DNA of 61,868 bases, filler included, from Choristocarpus tenellus KU-1152 (lineage: Eukaryota > Protista > Phaeophyceae): NCBI GenBank assembly GCA_964200185.2. It is 9 parts of 9 records of this genome, joined end to end, with 100 filler letters (N's around TTAATTAATTAA, not from the genome) between each part and the next. Parts side by side here need not be neighbours in the genome. Positions count along the whole stretch, not along the records: positions 33,546 to 42,012 come from CAXNAD020004677.1; positions 42,113 to 47,623 come from CAXNAD020010562.1; positions 47,724 to 56,969 come from CAXNAD020003848.1; 6 more parts are not named here. One strand, written 5' to 3'. Below the pieces are notes generated by a model, which saw only the letters and a list, made by a program, of their open reading frames with translations, was not told the origin of the DNA and searched no databases. This document shows, one piece after another, positions 37,501-49,134 of this stretch (positions are counted from its first letter, which is position 1; the number at the start of each line of letters is the position of its first letter). Made by a program: the position numbers and the translations under genes.

Positions 37501-40500
37501 TAACAAAAACAATGACTTACAGCTAGACTAACTAATAAACAAAATTGTCAGTCAACAAGTGACAGTTCAACAAACACTATCAGAGTAGATAACACACAAC
37601 AGTTCCAAAAAGATAACTCATGCATGGGCATTTATCTTCTTTGTGTATTTAACTTTCCCTCTAAATTGTTAATCAAGGACTGTCTTCATCAAGAGTTTCA
37701 AATAACTTGCCTCAGTACTCCTGTTTGTGTTGGTACAAGTAGAGGTACAGGTACAGGTACAGGTACAGGTACTCACTTTTGGAGAACATCTGCATCCTCA
37801 GCAACATCCGGGTCAGCCCACTTTCTGTTTTTCATGTTGTCCAATGTCTTTGGCAGGCCACAAGAGATCATTTCTGCATTAAAGCCATCCACCTTGGGGT
37901 TACAAATATCAACCACCATACATCTTAAATCACCATAAAATAAGTTATTAGACATTATCACATAACCTAGTGCTGTGTGATGGCTCTAATGTTGTTCTAT
38001 CCTAAGTAGTATTGGATATAGTTGATAGTGCATTACATTTATTCATGTTATTTTTTTTCATATTAAGTTCATCTTTGCTACCCTTTGCAGCTACATTGAG
38101 ATCTATCTCTATTTCTATCATTTTTCTATATTATTTTTTATATCATGTTATTTAATATAGTGTATCAAGATATATATCAAAAGGTATCAATTCATCACAA
38201 CAAAACAACAAAAAATATTTTTTTAATGACTCCAACTGTCTGGAGCACTGCACAACTTGACGTTTACTGAAAACAATGGACCTAATTTGTCAAAGTCAGA
38301 GGGTTATAATAATAATAATAATACAATTTATTGCAGGAATGTCTAATAACCAAGTGATCAAAGAATACTCACCAGTGCTTTGGACATATGGTCCAGGCAC
38401 AATGTACTACCCCAATTGATTGTGGGGAAATATCAATATCACTATCACTAACAACAATAATGACTCACTAAGCTTTTGGGAAGTGTAAGATGGAGTATGA
38501 TATAAGAACCATGTTATTGAGTGCTAGAGTATCACTAAAGTTTTCAAATCCAGTAGTAAAATTTTGTTCTGGAAGTGAAACATTATTGGCCATAACTGTA
38601 CAAAAATATTACCAAATTGACCTGAAATGACACCTTTTCAGATCAAAAATTACACAAATGTTATACGATGCTAGTGTAACATAATAACATGATCACAACT
38701 ATAACATGTGTGTAACATGATCACTAACAAAAATAGAATCAATAACAATAGAATCAACACTATTGTACCACTGAATGCACCATAGGAACAAGGATCACAT
38801 ATTAGCACATCAGATTGAGAACAGTCCACCTTCAACCTTCAGAACAACAAATGGTCTGCCCACAAGGCAATACAGAGCAACCCAGAGCTGCTATTCAGAG
38901 TGAAAGTTTTGGACTGCATATTATCAAGGACAATAATTAGTCCCAAGAAATAATGGAAGCAAAATCAATGAGATAAATATTTTCAAAACTAGTCTCAAAA
39001 ATATTAATTACTGTAAGAGATTGAATCTAGCTAGTTTTTTAAAAAGTGATTTGATGCCGATCTCTTTTCTCACATAATTTATTTTTTTTACTTTGAAGAA
39101 AAATTGAAGTTAGCGCCTACACATGTTAAGAGTATGATAGTTCTTGACAGGTTGATCACATCAGATCAGAATACATGTCAACAAGTCTTGACTCCGAACT
39201 GTTTTCTGAATAGATAAAACAAATCTTGAAACTGACAAATAATAATTATTAATAATTATTCACTTCATTCCTTGGACCAAATATATTCTAGAGATAAGTT
39301 TCTTACTGCAATCTTGTCTTCCTTAGAGTTTTCTGATTATCAACCACATCACATCACCATCACATCACATCAACATGTGACAGGAACATGATTGTAAATG
39401 GTACTATGTTGCCATGACCATGACCATGACCAAGATCATGACCATAACGGTAACCATGGCTAGGGTTAGGGTAAATCATGATGGACATGATCATGAAGTA
39501 AACACCAGACAGAAGTGTACCCAATTAACATCACCTAGATATATATATCTTTATCTCATCTATATATCTCATCTATCATCCCACCTCAAAGGCAGTAACT
39601 GATTAACAAATCCTAGCACAGTAAAAACATTGGTCTTGAATGTGGCTAATGGGCTGTGTGTATGTGTATTACTACCTGTCTCCCATGGTTCACACTACGG
39701 AGTACAAGTACAAATACCTAACTGATCATCATCTACAGTAAGATGCCTCTCTCTCAATGATGCAGCCATTGTGTTTGTTGGCAATAGATATCTTACTGTA
39801 GATGGAAGATCCATTGCATTACCTGTCCCTCTGTGAGGTTCCTGAGTGCAGCCAATGACACCCGAACAATCTTTTCTCTCTGAGCACAAGCAACCTGAAA
39901 TATGAAAACAATCCATAGGCAAGATGCACATTCAATGAAATATATAAGTATATACCTAATTGATAGTGATCAGATAGAAGTGTCATTTATTAAAGCACTT
40001 CACTTTGTTGGGTAATCTCATGATGACAACTCCAATCATTTAATCAACAAACCTAGAATATCATAACACTTGAAAAATCTGTCCCTTGACTGTGAAATCT
40101 TCTAAAATGTCATTTATATTTCACATACACCCTGCTGCTGTGTACCATATAAAAACAATAAAAAATAATAATAACAATAATAATAGTGTAACCAGGTATG
40201 TGATACCACAGTAATTTTATCTCCCTTCAAATCTCTAACCCTGGCACAGACCATTACCATTGTCATTGGGACGGAGAGTGACTACAAGAAGGTTAAACCA
40301 ATAATAATAATAATATTATTATTATTAATAATAATGGGTGAGTACACTCACTTTTTAAGAGTTACCTAGATTTCCAAGGGATGAAGTGGTATTGATGACG
40401 GATGACATAGGTGCCAATATGTTGTAGCAAGACATGTCCACCTACATCAATTAGATTGTATCAAATACTGTAGTAAAGGCCTCTCCATTTTGACCAGTGC

Positions 40501-41007
40501 TAGAGTTGTGGTTAATGGATTGCTGGCATTGACATGTTCAAGGGGATCAATCAACATTTTGCAAGAAACCACCCCATTGGTCATTGGTGACCACACCACA
40601 CCACACCCACCAATCAGATTTGTCTTGTGAGGAATAGATTTTAGTGTGTTAGTGAGTTTGTCCATTCATTGTCACATTTGTTATTTGTTTATTCATGTTT
40701 GTTAGGTGTACAAACTATACATATCCTCTCTAAAACAAACCATACATATACCCTCTCTAAATACTGTTCCGAATTGTGGCAATATAAGCAATAAATAAAA
40801 AATATAGTTGCGACTTGAATTGTGAAGAAAAAATATATATATAGTTGCAACACATGGCATGACCCTTGTACCCCTTCTTACCTGTTGTACCAATGTGGGC
40901 ACTGCCCCAGCAGTCATAAAGTCCTGTTTGGCAGATTCACAGAGTGACATAGACCACAGAGAGAAGCAGAGCTCGTAAAGGAGCTGCGAATTGCTCCCAT
41001 CTCCTCC
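34576..41007 (-). CDS. ATP6V1H: V-type proton ATPase subunit H; exons 41007-40882, 39894-39823, 37892-37777, 37255-37201, 36818-36717, 36039-35927, 34687-34576 (stop); 5' partial
   Basis: Seven phase-consistent GT-AG exons: SQLLYELCFSLWSMS, REKIVRVSLAALRNL, KWADPDVAED, LSTMERYSQE, SGQLKWGVVHTEKFWREN, VVSIACYDLGEFVRFYPSGK, EVQREALQCISKIMVNKWEFVR*; diagnostic VMA13/ATP6V1H motifs. Confidence 0.95.
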
Positions 41008-42150
41008 CTGACATTGTAGTCAAGAATTGGTGTTTATGGTAAGAGTACTGAATAGTTAATAGTTAATAGTTAACCTTCACAATTTAACTATTGTCAGCAT
41101 TAACTATCGACAAGTCAATAGTCAATAATCAACAATTGAGGGAGTAGATAGTCCATGGCAAGTACCAAGTACTTAACAATCAAAAATCAATGGACAACAA
41201 ATGATGGTCAAAATGTGCCAGTCAGTTGTCATAGCAGAGCACAATCAATCAAAGAGTAACAGAGAGAAAAAGTATCAGTAAATGTCATCAAAAGATAGCA
41301 AGAACCAAACTACTCTCAGCTGGGAGGTCAAATGAGGGATACCCACAGACTTGACAAATACTATTATTACTATCAACATAATACTATCAATATTAATACT
41401 ATCTTAGGGGGAATGGACTAGACATAAATCTATCTGATTTAATCTGATTTGTGGTGAACTGTGACGTAGCGTGCATCAATCGATCAATGGGGGAATGGAA
41501 ACGGAAGGGAGCACCGCCTAAGCAAGGGCATCTAACATACATCTCATACGAAATCATCTGAGTGAGTGTGCATGTGTAGTTTTGATCTTTGATAAGTGGG
41601 GGATTGACAAGACTAGTACAGTTGCAAACACAAGGTGTGTGGGATGTTGAAAGATGTTGAAAGATGCTGAAATGACAGGCCATGACATGACATGACATGA
41701 CATGACAAAATGTGTCAGTTCAAACAAGAATAAACATATCCATATATTAATTATCTCCTCACAGTACAAGGGTATCAGTCATAGTCAATAATACTAACCC
41801 AAGGGTCATATATGAACACAAAGCGTTAGGAGAAACTAGAAGAGTAAAATCACATCAAATCACATCAAACCACTAACAAATGCAGGTTTGACTAAATAAA
41901 AAAAGGGCATGTCAGTGAAGAATAAGTCAACATGTTGCTAATATATATATATATATGTATGGGGGGTTGGGGGGGGGGGGAAGAGATTCAAGTCGTGGTG
42001 CTCTGATGCACTNNNNNNNNNNNNNNNNNNNNNNNNNNNNNNNNNNNNNNNNNNNNTTAATTAATTAANNNNNNNNNNNNNNNNNNNNNNNNNNNNNNNN
42101 NNNNNNNNNNNNGTGGTGGGGGTGTTGTGGGTTGGTGGGGTTGGTGTGGT

Positions 42151-42185
<35 letters not shown>

Positions 42186-42195
42186 CTTTATTTTA

Positions 42196-42403
42196 TTTTT
42201 TTTCAACATGAGAAAGAAACTTCCTTACTTTTTCTTTGAGTGGTAAAATGACATCAACTTTTTTGTTTTTTTTCAACGGGAGAAAGAAACTTCTTTACTT
42301 TTTCCCTGAGTGGTAAAATGACATCAACTTTTTTGTTTTGTTTTTCAACGGGAGAAAGAAAATTCTTCACTTTTTCCCTGAATGTTAAAACGGCATCAAC
42401 TTT
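42196..42403. repeat. Minisatellite, ~3 units of ~70 bp
   Basis: TTTCAAC(A/G)(T/G)GAGAAAGAAA...AAAA(T/C)G(A/G)CATCAACTTT; the CAAC anchors are at 42204, 42274 and 42346. Confidence 0.85.
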
Positions 42404-44420
42404 GTTGGGGAGAGGGGGGGGGGGGGTTGTGTGAGTAAAGTTTGCTGTTTTGATGTTTGAAAAGAAAAAAAAAATGTTGCCTGTTTTTGTGAAAATGGTG
42501 AAAAATTAATTATTTTTATTCTTTCTGAAAAATAGCAGCTGCCCTTATCGGTCGCAGTTCCCTCTTCTTTGAATTCGGACCACATTATAGAAGGCTAGGC
42601 TAGGAGACAGGCAGGCAGGCAGGCGCAAAGGTTGGTATGGTTGGTCTGATAGGTGATCGGGGATGCTTTTTCTCGCCCAAACTTGCTTTATCCCTGTGTG
42701 TGTGTTGCTTTTGCCCCCAATGTCTTACGTTAACGCTGTATCTATAAACAACTAAGAGGTGGCCCCCTCTGATTTTGTCCTGGATGCTTTGTTAATGCTT
42801 GTTGATACAGATGGGTCCGGTATGTGACACAGTCCTCATCCTATGTGTGCAGAGTCTAGCTGAACAGAGGAGAGGAAGAGGGGGGTCATTAGGTGCCGTG
42901 TGGCTGGGCTGTCTCTTGCTTGTGGGGGCGACTTGACACTGCTGCTCTTCAATTTTTGCATGATGTGGCATGGGGCAATCGATGCTCAAGAAGCATCCAC
43001 GCAGAGAGCCAGCTTGTGTTAATCCATTAGAGGATCTTTGTTCAGATGAGAGTGGATTCTAATGTGAAGCTTCAGCTTATGTTTCCACTTCTTTGTGATG
43101 TCCTTTAATCAGGCGGTCTTCATGTTTTACAGGGGATATTGAAGTCTCGTCAATTGGGAATACTCTTACCCAAGTTGTAAAAAGCTAAGCTGGGGCAACA
43201 AATACATACCCTGGAATTGTGTAAGCACTTGTTTCTTGTAGGAAGGTATATATATCTCAGGTAAGGAACATCAAATTAAATTTTAGTGTTGTGAATCAAT
43301 TGCATTTGTGAGTACAAATTAAATATAGCAGGTGGGAATTTTTCTATATAAGATGCTTGATTATAATTGAAATGTACACACAACGGACGAGTTGAAGTCC
43401 TCAAATCGCCGAGCTCTGCGAGCTGGGCGCGCACCTGTACGAGAATGGATTTATCGAAAAGTATCCCTCATTTTTCGGTTCCGATTTATATCGAATCGTA
43501 GCGATTCACAAATTTACCTTTTAATATTTTTGTCATTTTGTCCATTTATTTAAAAAGCATTTGTAAGGAGCAAAGAAATAGGGCGTGATGGCCCTGGACA
43601 GAGAGAGAGGTATGCATGTAAACAGTAGTGGGCCTCAATGTGCAGCACACTCCATGGTAGCAGTGCACAAATTGATGTGGGAGCATTACCCATGTACATT
43701 TTCTGCCTCCTCATGACCATGCAAATGCCTGTACTTTTCTTAAAGGGAGTGAGGGATCTCATGGATTGCTTGCATACCAGAACAAATGACTGGAAATAGT
43801 GATTAAGTTGTATTTCCACACTCTCTGTGTATTGCTCAAGAAGTTGAGATCAACTGGAGACTTTTTTCATCAATCTGTTCCTGACATCCTAAGAATATAC
43901 CCCCCCAAAAGGGCATGCCTTGTTCACGGAGAGTGCTCACGGACTTGCTTGCTGTGAGATGGGGCAGCATTGTTGTTGAGTGTGTATGCTCTCACATTCT
44001 GCTGTGAAAAGAAGAGGGACGAGATTGCAGAAAAAAATGCAATGAATGGCATGAGACAAACGTAAAACCTTTATGTCATGATACTATTAATAGATGAGAG
44101 TGTTACATGTGTAATAGTACCCTGCACTTCAGAAGTAGTGTAACAGAGGGCACAGATACTCTGACCCTGGATTGCTACTAGTAACTCACTCAAATTCCAA
44201 ATCATCAACTTAAAGTGATAGGTAGTCCAGTTGCAAACCAACTAACTAAAGGGGATAAACGACAAGAAAGTGATTTCCTATTGGTTACCACAAAAGATAA
44301 CTATGTCCTTAACTCTTTTATTTGCCCTCAATGAACAATATCCCTCTCTGTACAGGTGTAGTTTAATCGCAGCCCCAGCTGCTTACACACCATTTCACCA
44401 ATCAGCTGTAGAACAACAGG

Positions 44421-44455
<35 letters not shown>

Positions 44456-44820
44456 TTCAAGCTGTCACTGCTATTCAGAAATGCTCTTGTTATGTACACT
44501 TACTCTGGGAGAGGCTCACGTATTGGATCTCTTCGAATAACTGTTCCTACAGCACCCAAGCTGTGAAGGAAACAAAGTCAAGGCAACATCAACATGTCCT
44601 TCAGTTATCCATCCTCTACAGTCAAACAATGAACGCCGTTTTGCAGGTTTGGAAAACCCTGATTTCTGTGAACTAAAAATAATGGGTATTCGGAACACTG
44701 CCAGCATGAAGCTTGTTGTAGGCAAGCAGTATTCAATGAAACCCAAACTGCTGTCAATTGTTCCATATGTAGCCATGGAAAAAACAGGGCCCTATCTATT
44801 CTAACCCACAGCTTGCTCAT

Positions 44821-47199
44821 CTACTCCAGGTGAGTCCTCAGTCTCGATGGTGATTGCCTCCTTCTCCATCTCTGCTTCACTCTCTCTATCCCCATTGGTC
44901 TTGGTCTGTACGGACCATGCTGTTGGGGCAGACTGAACATTCTTGTCTTCCTCAACCCATTTTTCATTGTCATCACTGTCAATGCCTGGTGACTGGGAGG
45001 GGGGTTTGTAGTTGTATGGCTTGTCGACAGCTCCAAGGTCAACAAGTTTCTGTGATTATTTCAAGGATGACAAGAGAAGGAGGAGGGGGGGGGGGGACAG
45101 AGTTGGTTAGTGGAGGAGGAGGGAAGTGTGAATAAGAACATGCCGAATACTCATGAGTAGTTAGGGTTGAGGATTATTAGTGAGTGATAATGGAGAACAT
45201 CAAAAGAGAGGCACACCCAACAGAAGTAACAATTACAACTTAAGGGGGAGGAAAGGCTGGTGTTTGTGCATAGCCAAAAACACTACTATACAGCCAATGC
45301 CCATAACCGTGCTTTTTGTGAGTGAATGAAAAATCTTCTGGTGCACTTTTACAGCTGGAGGGTTTGCAGGGGACGGTGTGTTATAGTCTTAGGTAGCACA
45401 ACATCTAAGCATCTGTGTGTGAAGCAGTACCGCCCAACTTTATTGTGTAGTTGAAGATGAAACAAGGATCGCATTGATAGCCTCAGGGAGAGGATTCCGA
45501 ACTCAGTTTCAAATAGCAATTTGTTCCGAGAGAATGATCTATCGTGGCCCACATTCTTTCCAATGTCCTCCCGAAATGATAAAAAAAATCACTACAACAA
45601 TTGGCGAAGACCGCAAGCCCTCCCTGATATGTTAAGTTTTGTGTGTGTAACCATCACCCACGTTCTGAAATATACTGGTATGTGGGGGGCAGTTTATTGA
45701 CAATATTTATTTGGGAATATCATATGGCAAACATGGAGAGATACCTACGCAATCTGAGATGGGGTACAAACTAGGCTAGATCTTTAAAAAGTGGTGTATG
45801 GACAAGACAACCAACTCGCGTTTTATTGAGATCTCCCCTTACCTCGTGTACACGGTCGAGGTCATCGTTGCAGATATCCAGGCGCTCCTGCAGCTCAAAT
45901 TTGGCGTTGTCCAACTGACGGCCCTCTTCTTTGAGCTTGTAGATGCGCCTTTTTGCCTGGGGAGTGTGTTTGCGGTCAACCCACATTCAGAAGCAGCACC
46001 CATTGAGAGGTATGTTAGGGATGATGTTGAAGTGAGGGTGGAATAATTCACTCTCACAAAATACACAGCGCAAGACTCTTCTATCTAGTCCTTACAAAAC
46101 TAACTCCCATGGGATGGAGGTGAAGCTAAACTATGCTATCATGAGTCAAAAGGAACCCCCCCCCCCATACCGTCAGTCATGGAGTGGTCCACAAATTACA
46201 AGAAAATAATACACAATGAAGGAAACAGATGTGGGCAAGCAGTGCATCGTAAGTTCAAACTCTTCACGTAACTGCACTGGCGATGGGTCCAAGAGGTGTG
46301 TACCAACATGCAACTGGGAGGTTGACCATGGTTCGGTCCTAAATATAAACCATGCAAGGGCGGTTTAAGTACAGGAGAACCTGAGCGATGTCCACTGAAG
46401 CAGTTCCCATGAAGAAAAATATGCTCAATTCAGTCTACGCTACAAATTCCATTTTCACATCCTTTCCCACATGTTGAACAACTGCAGCCCATCTCCTCCC
46501 CCCTCTACTGTGATAATACTTCAAAGAGACAAAAAAAAATGGGTGTACAAAGGAGTTAATAGGCCCTTGTTAGAGGCGTAACAATGGATCGTACCTGCAA
46601 CATCTCAGTATCAGACTCTTGGACACCCCGGGCAGTCATGGCACTGCACCGGCGCAGCCACAGCTCTACTGTAGGGTCCAGAACAGTCAAGCGGTCGTCT
46701 ACCTGTCAGAGGGATGGTTGGGGGGGGGGGAGGGAATAGTGCTTCCTCAGCTTGATTTTCTTCCCATGAGAGGAGTCCTGTGAGACCAGGTCTGGCATGT
46801 AGTGGTGATTCCACACTATCCATGCTTTGGAGAGGGTAAACAAGTTCAAGATTGGATAAAATACAGCAAAAACGGCATGGAAGAACAGCCTACCTTTTGG
46901 ATGTCTCGCTTAATAAAATACACCCGCCTCCCAAGGTCCTCCCTTTCATAGTACAGCCTCCCAATAAGCTCTCCCCTCCCAGCTCTTTGTCCTGCCCTAG
47001 CTCTTCCTTGTGCCCCAGCCCTTGCATCCCATTTGTCCTCTTCCCACCCCCAACCATCTTCCTGCTCTTCCCATCCCCGAGTCTCTGCCTTCCTCCTCCG
47101 CTTCTGGGTTCCCCCTCTTCCCTCCCTTCTGTCATTGGCTTTGTTCCGCCATAGGTAGTCATCTCCCCCAACTTCCGGATCATATAGTTGCGAGTATGC
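44821..47199 (-). CDS. Hypothetical coiled-coil protein; exons 47199-46894, 46702-46595, 45956-45843 and probable last exon 44985-44821; partial
   Basis: Three open phase-0 GT-AG exons (306, 108, 114 nt): ...GELIGRLYYEREDLGRRVYFIKRDIQK VDDRLTVLDPTVELWLRRCSAMTARGVQESDTEMLQ AKRRIYKLKEEGRQLDNAKFELQERLDICNDDLDRVHE. No family recognised; frame of the last exon ambiguous. Confidence 0.65.
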
Positions 47200-47564
47200 C
47201 TGCCCCAGCCCAACCCCCACCCCCATCCCAAAAAAGAAAGTAAGTATACACAACATTGGAAGTGTAGGGGTGGAACAAAGTGAGCAAAGTAGGGATTTGT
47301 GGGAGGTTTGTGTGTGTATGAGTGTACGAGAGAGAGAACAGATCTATTTTTCTGGTCTTACTTGCAAAAGTCTCAAGTCCAGAAGGAAAGGAAAGGTGTC
47401 CATGTTTACAGGAAATACCTACCACTGAAGGCATACTGTAGCAAGAGAATACAGCATACCTGTACGTTGTGAGTGAAACAGAGATTAAGGTAACATGTTC
47501 ATGCTCTTAGCAGCATTCCATTCACACATATATCAATATACGCCCTGCACACTGCCCTCTGATT

Positions 47565-47623
47565 GAGCCAAAGTATCTTAGAGGGTAGAGCCGCGTCCAT
47601 TTGGGGGGTCAAAATACAATGTT
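47565..47623 (+). mobile_element. MITE family A, left end (contig edge)
   Basis: GAGCCAAAGTATCTTAGAGGGTAGAGCCGCGTCCATTTGGGG. Confidence 0.85.
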
Positions 47624-47723
47624 NNNNNNNNNNNNNNNNNNNNNNNNNNNNNNNNNNNNNNNNNNNNTTAATTAATTAANNNNNNNNNNNNNNNNNNNNN
47701 NNNNNNNNNNNNNNNNNNNNNNN

Positions 47724-47987
47724 GTGTGCGCGCGGATGTGTATTTGGACTAAGATCAGCTCCCGAAGGGACCTGTCCGTCACAAGGTATAATTTTATCCA
47801 AATATTTTCGGAACAGCCTTGAAAAAAATGTTTCAGAATGAATTATCACGACCAGAAATATTTTTGCGAAGAATTCCTTTACATAAATCGATAGCCTAGA
47901 TTCAGACCTTGCATTTGATATGCCAACCTTTTCAAAAAAATCAATATTGGTAACTGCCAAAACGGTACTTGGGTGTCCGCGGGTTAA
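47724..47987. mobile_element. Possible piggyBac-type element terminus
   Basis: Ends ...GTCCGCGGG|TTAA (47984-47987), i.e. TTAA-CCC on the other strand; only one end is visible. Confidence 0.3.
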
Positions 47988-48059
47988 ATACTGCTTAAGC
48001 CACTCACAGGACAGTGTGATGCACAACGACCTCCGAGTTGTGGCCTGCCCCTCACACGA

Positions 48060-48688
48060 CACTGTGAGTTGAACCCGATAGAGATGGTCTGGGGGTGGGC
48101 AAAGCACTATGTACGAGGCCACTGTGACTACACGTTGCCTGGAATCAGAGCCAACATTCCTGACAGTCTTAAGGAGGAAGGGGGACTGTCCAGAGTAATT
48201 GTGGAGTGGTTCTTCAGGATGAGTATTGCTTACCACCTGATATATTCCAACGAGAAAGGCATGGAGTGCACCAAGTTGAACAGGGTGTTCAAGGCATTTA
48301 AGTCTCACAGGAGGCCTGCACCTTCTGAATACCTATTTAACTTGGCATGGATTGCCTGGTTCAGAGGTCCAGCCCCATGAGTGAACTTAGTCAGCAGGCG
48401 ACAACATCGCATAAACGGGGAATAATGGAAAGAGAATGGAGATACAATGCGCATGTTCTCTGGGTGAAGATGGCCTCTTGTGGCGTCAAAATCATCCTTA
48501 AATGTGCGGTTCGCGCGCGGACTACTTGGTTTAAGTATGGTCGTATATTTCTCAAGATTACTGGAAGTTGATCAACGAAGACCCATCAAATAAGGTTTAC
48601 CATGATTATGCGATTACATAATAATAGATTAATAACGAATTTTCAAGAAGAATATTGTTGTTGACAAAGTTGATTCAGGACCCCACTG
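48060..48688 (+). mobile_element. Tc1/mariner (IS630-like, DDE) transposon remnant: transposase C-terminus 48060-48380 plus right end
   Basis: HCELNPIEMVWGWAKHYVRGHCDYTLPG...FKAFKSHRR; ends CCCCACTG (CAGTG-type terminus) at 48688, with no TA after it; the subterminal region is repeated at 30689. Confidence 0.8.
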
Positions 48689-49134
48689 ACAATAAAGAGT
48701 GTTCTAACTGCTGATCTGTCTATCATCCAATCTTTTTTGTATTGAAATGAGAAAAATCTGTTTCTCAACACCACGCACATCCAATCATGTACGACAATAT
48801 ACAAAAAATAGTTGTTTATATGTATATGTCATACGTATGCAGTGAAGAATTTCCTTAAAATAGTTAAAATTCCAATATAATAAAATCTTGTAATATAGAA
48901 CATATTTTTGATAATGATCGAAAAACGTAATTTTTAATATGTCTGTTTGTCTGTACGTCATCTCCAGGACGTTTTGTACCCGCTTTATTGGGTGAATATT
49001 TGATATATCAAATTGTGCTAATTGAAGTTGTGAATATAAATAGTCTTCTACTATGATGACTTAAGCAAACAAGAACAGGATAGCAAGGATACTACCCACA
49101 TCGTACCACTTAAAAGACAGGAGGAGGTAGCAGG

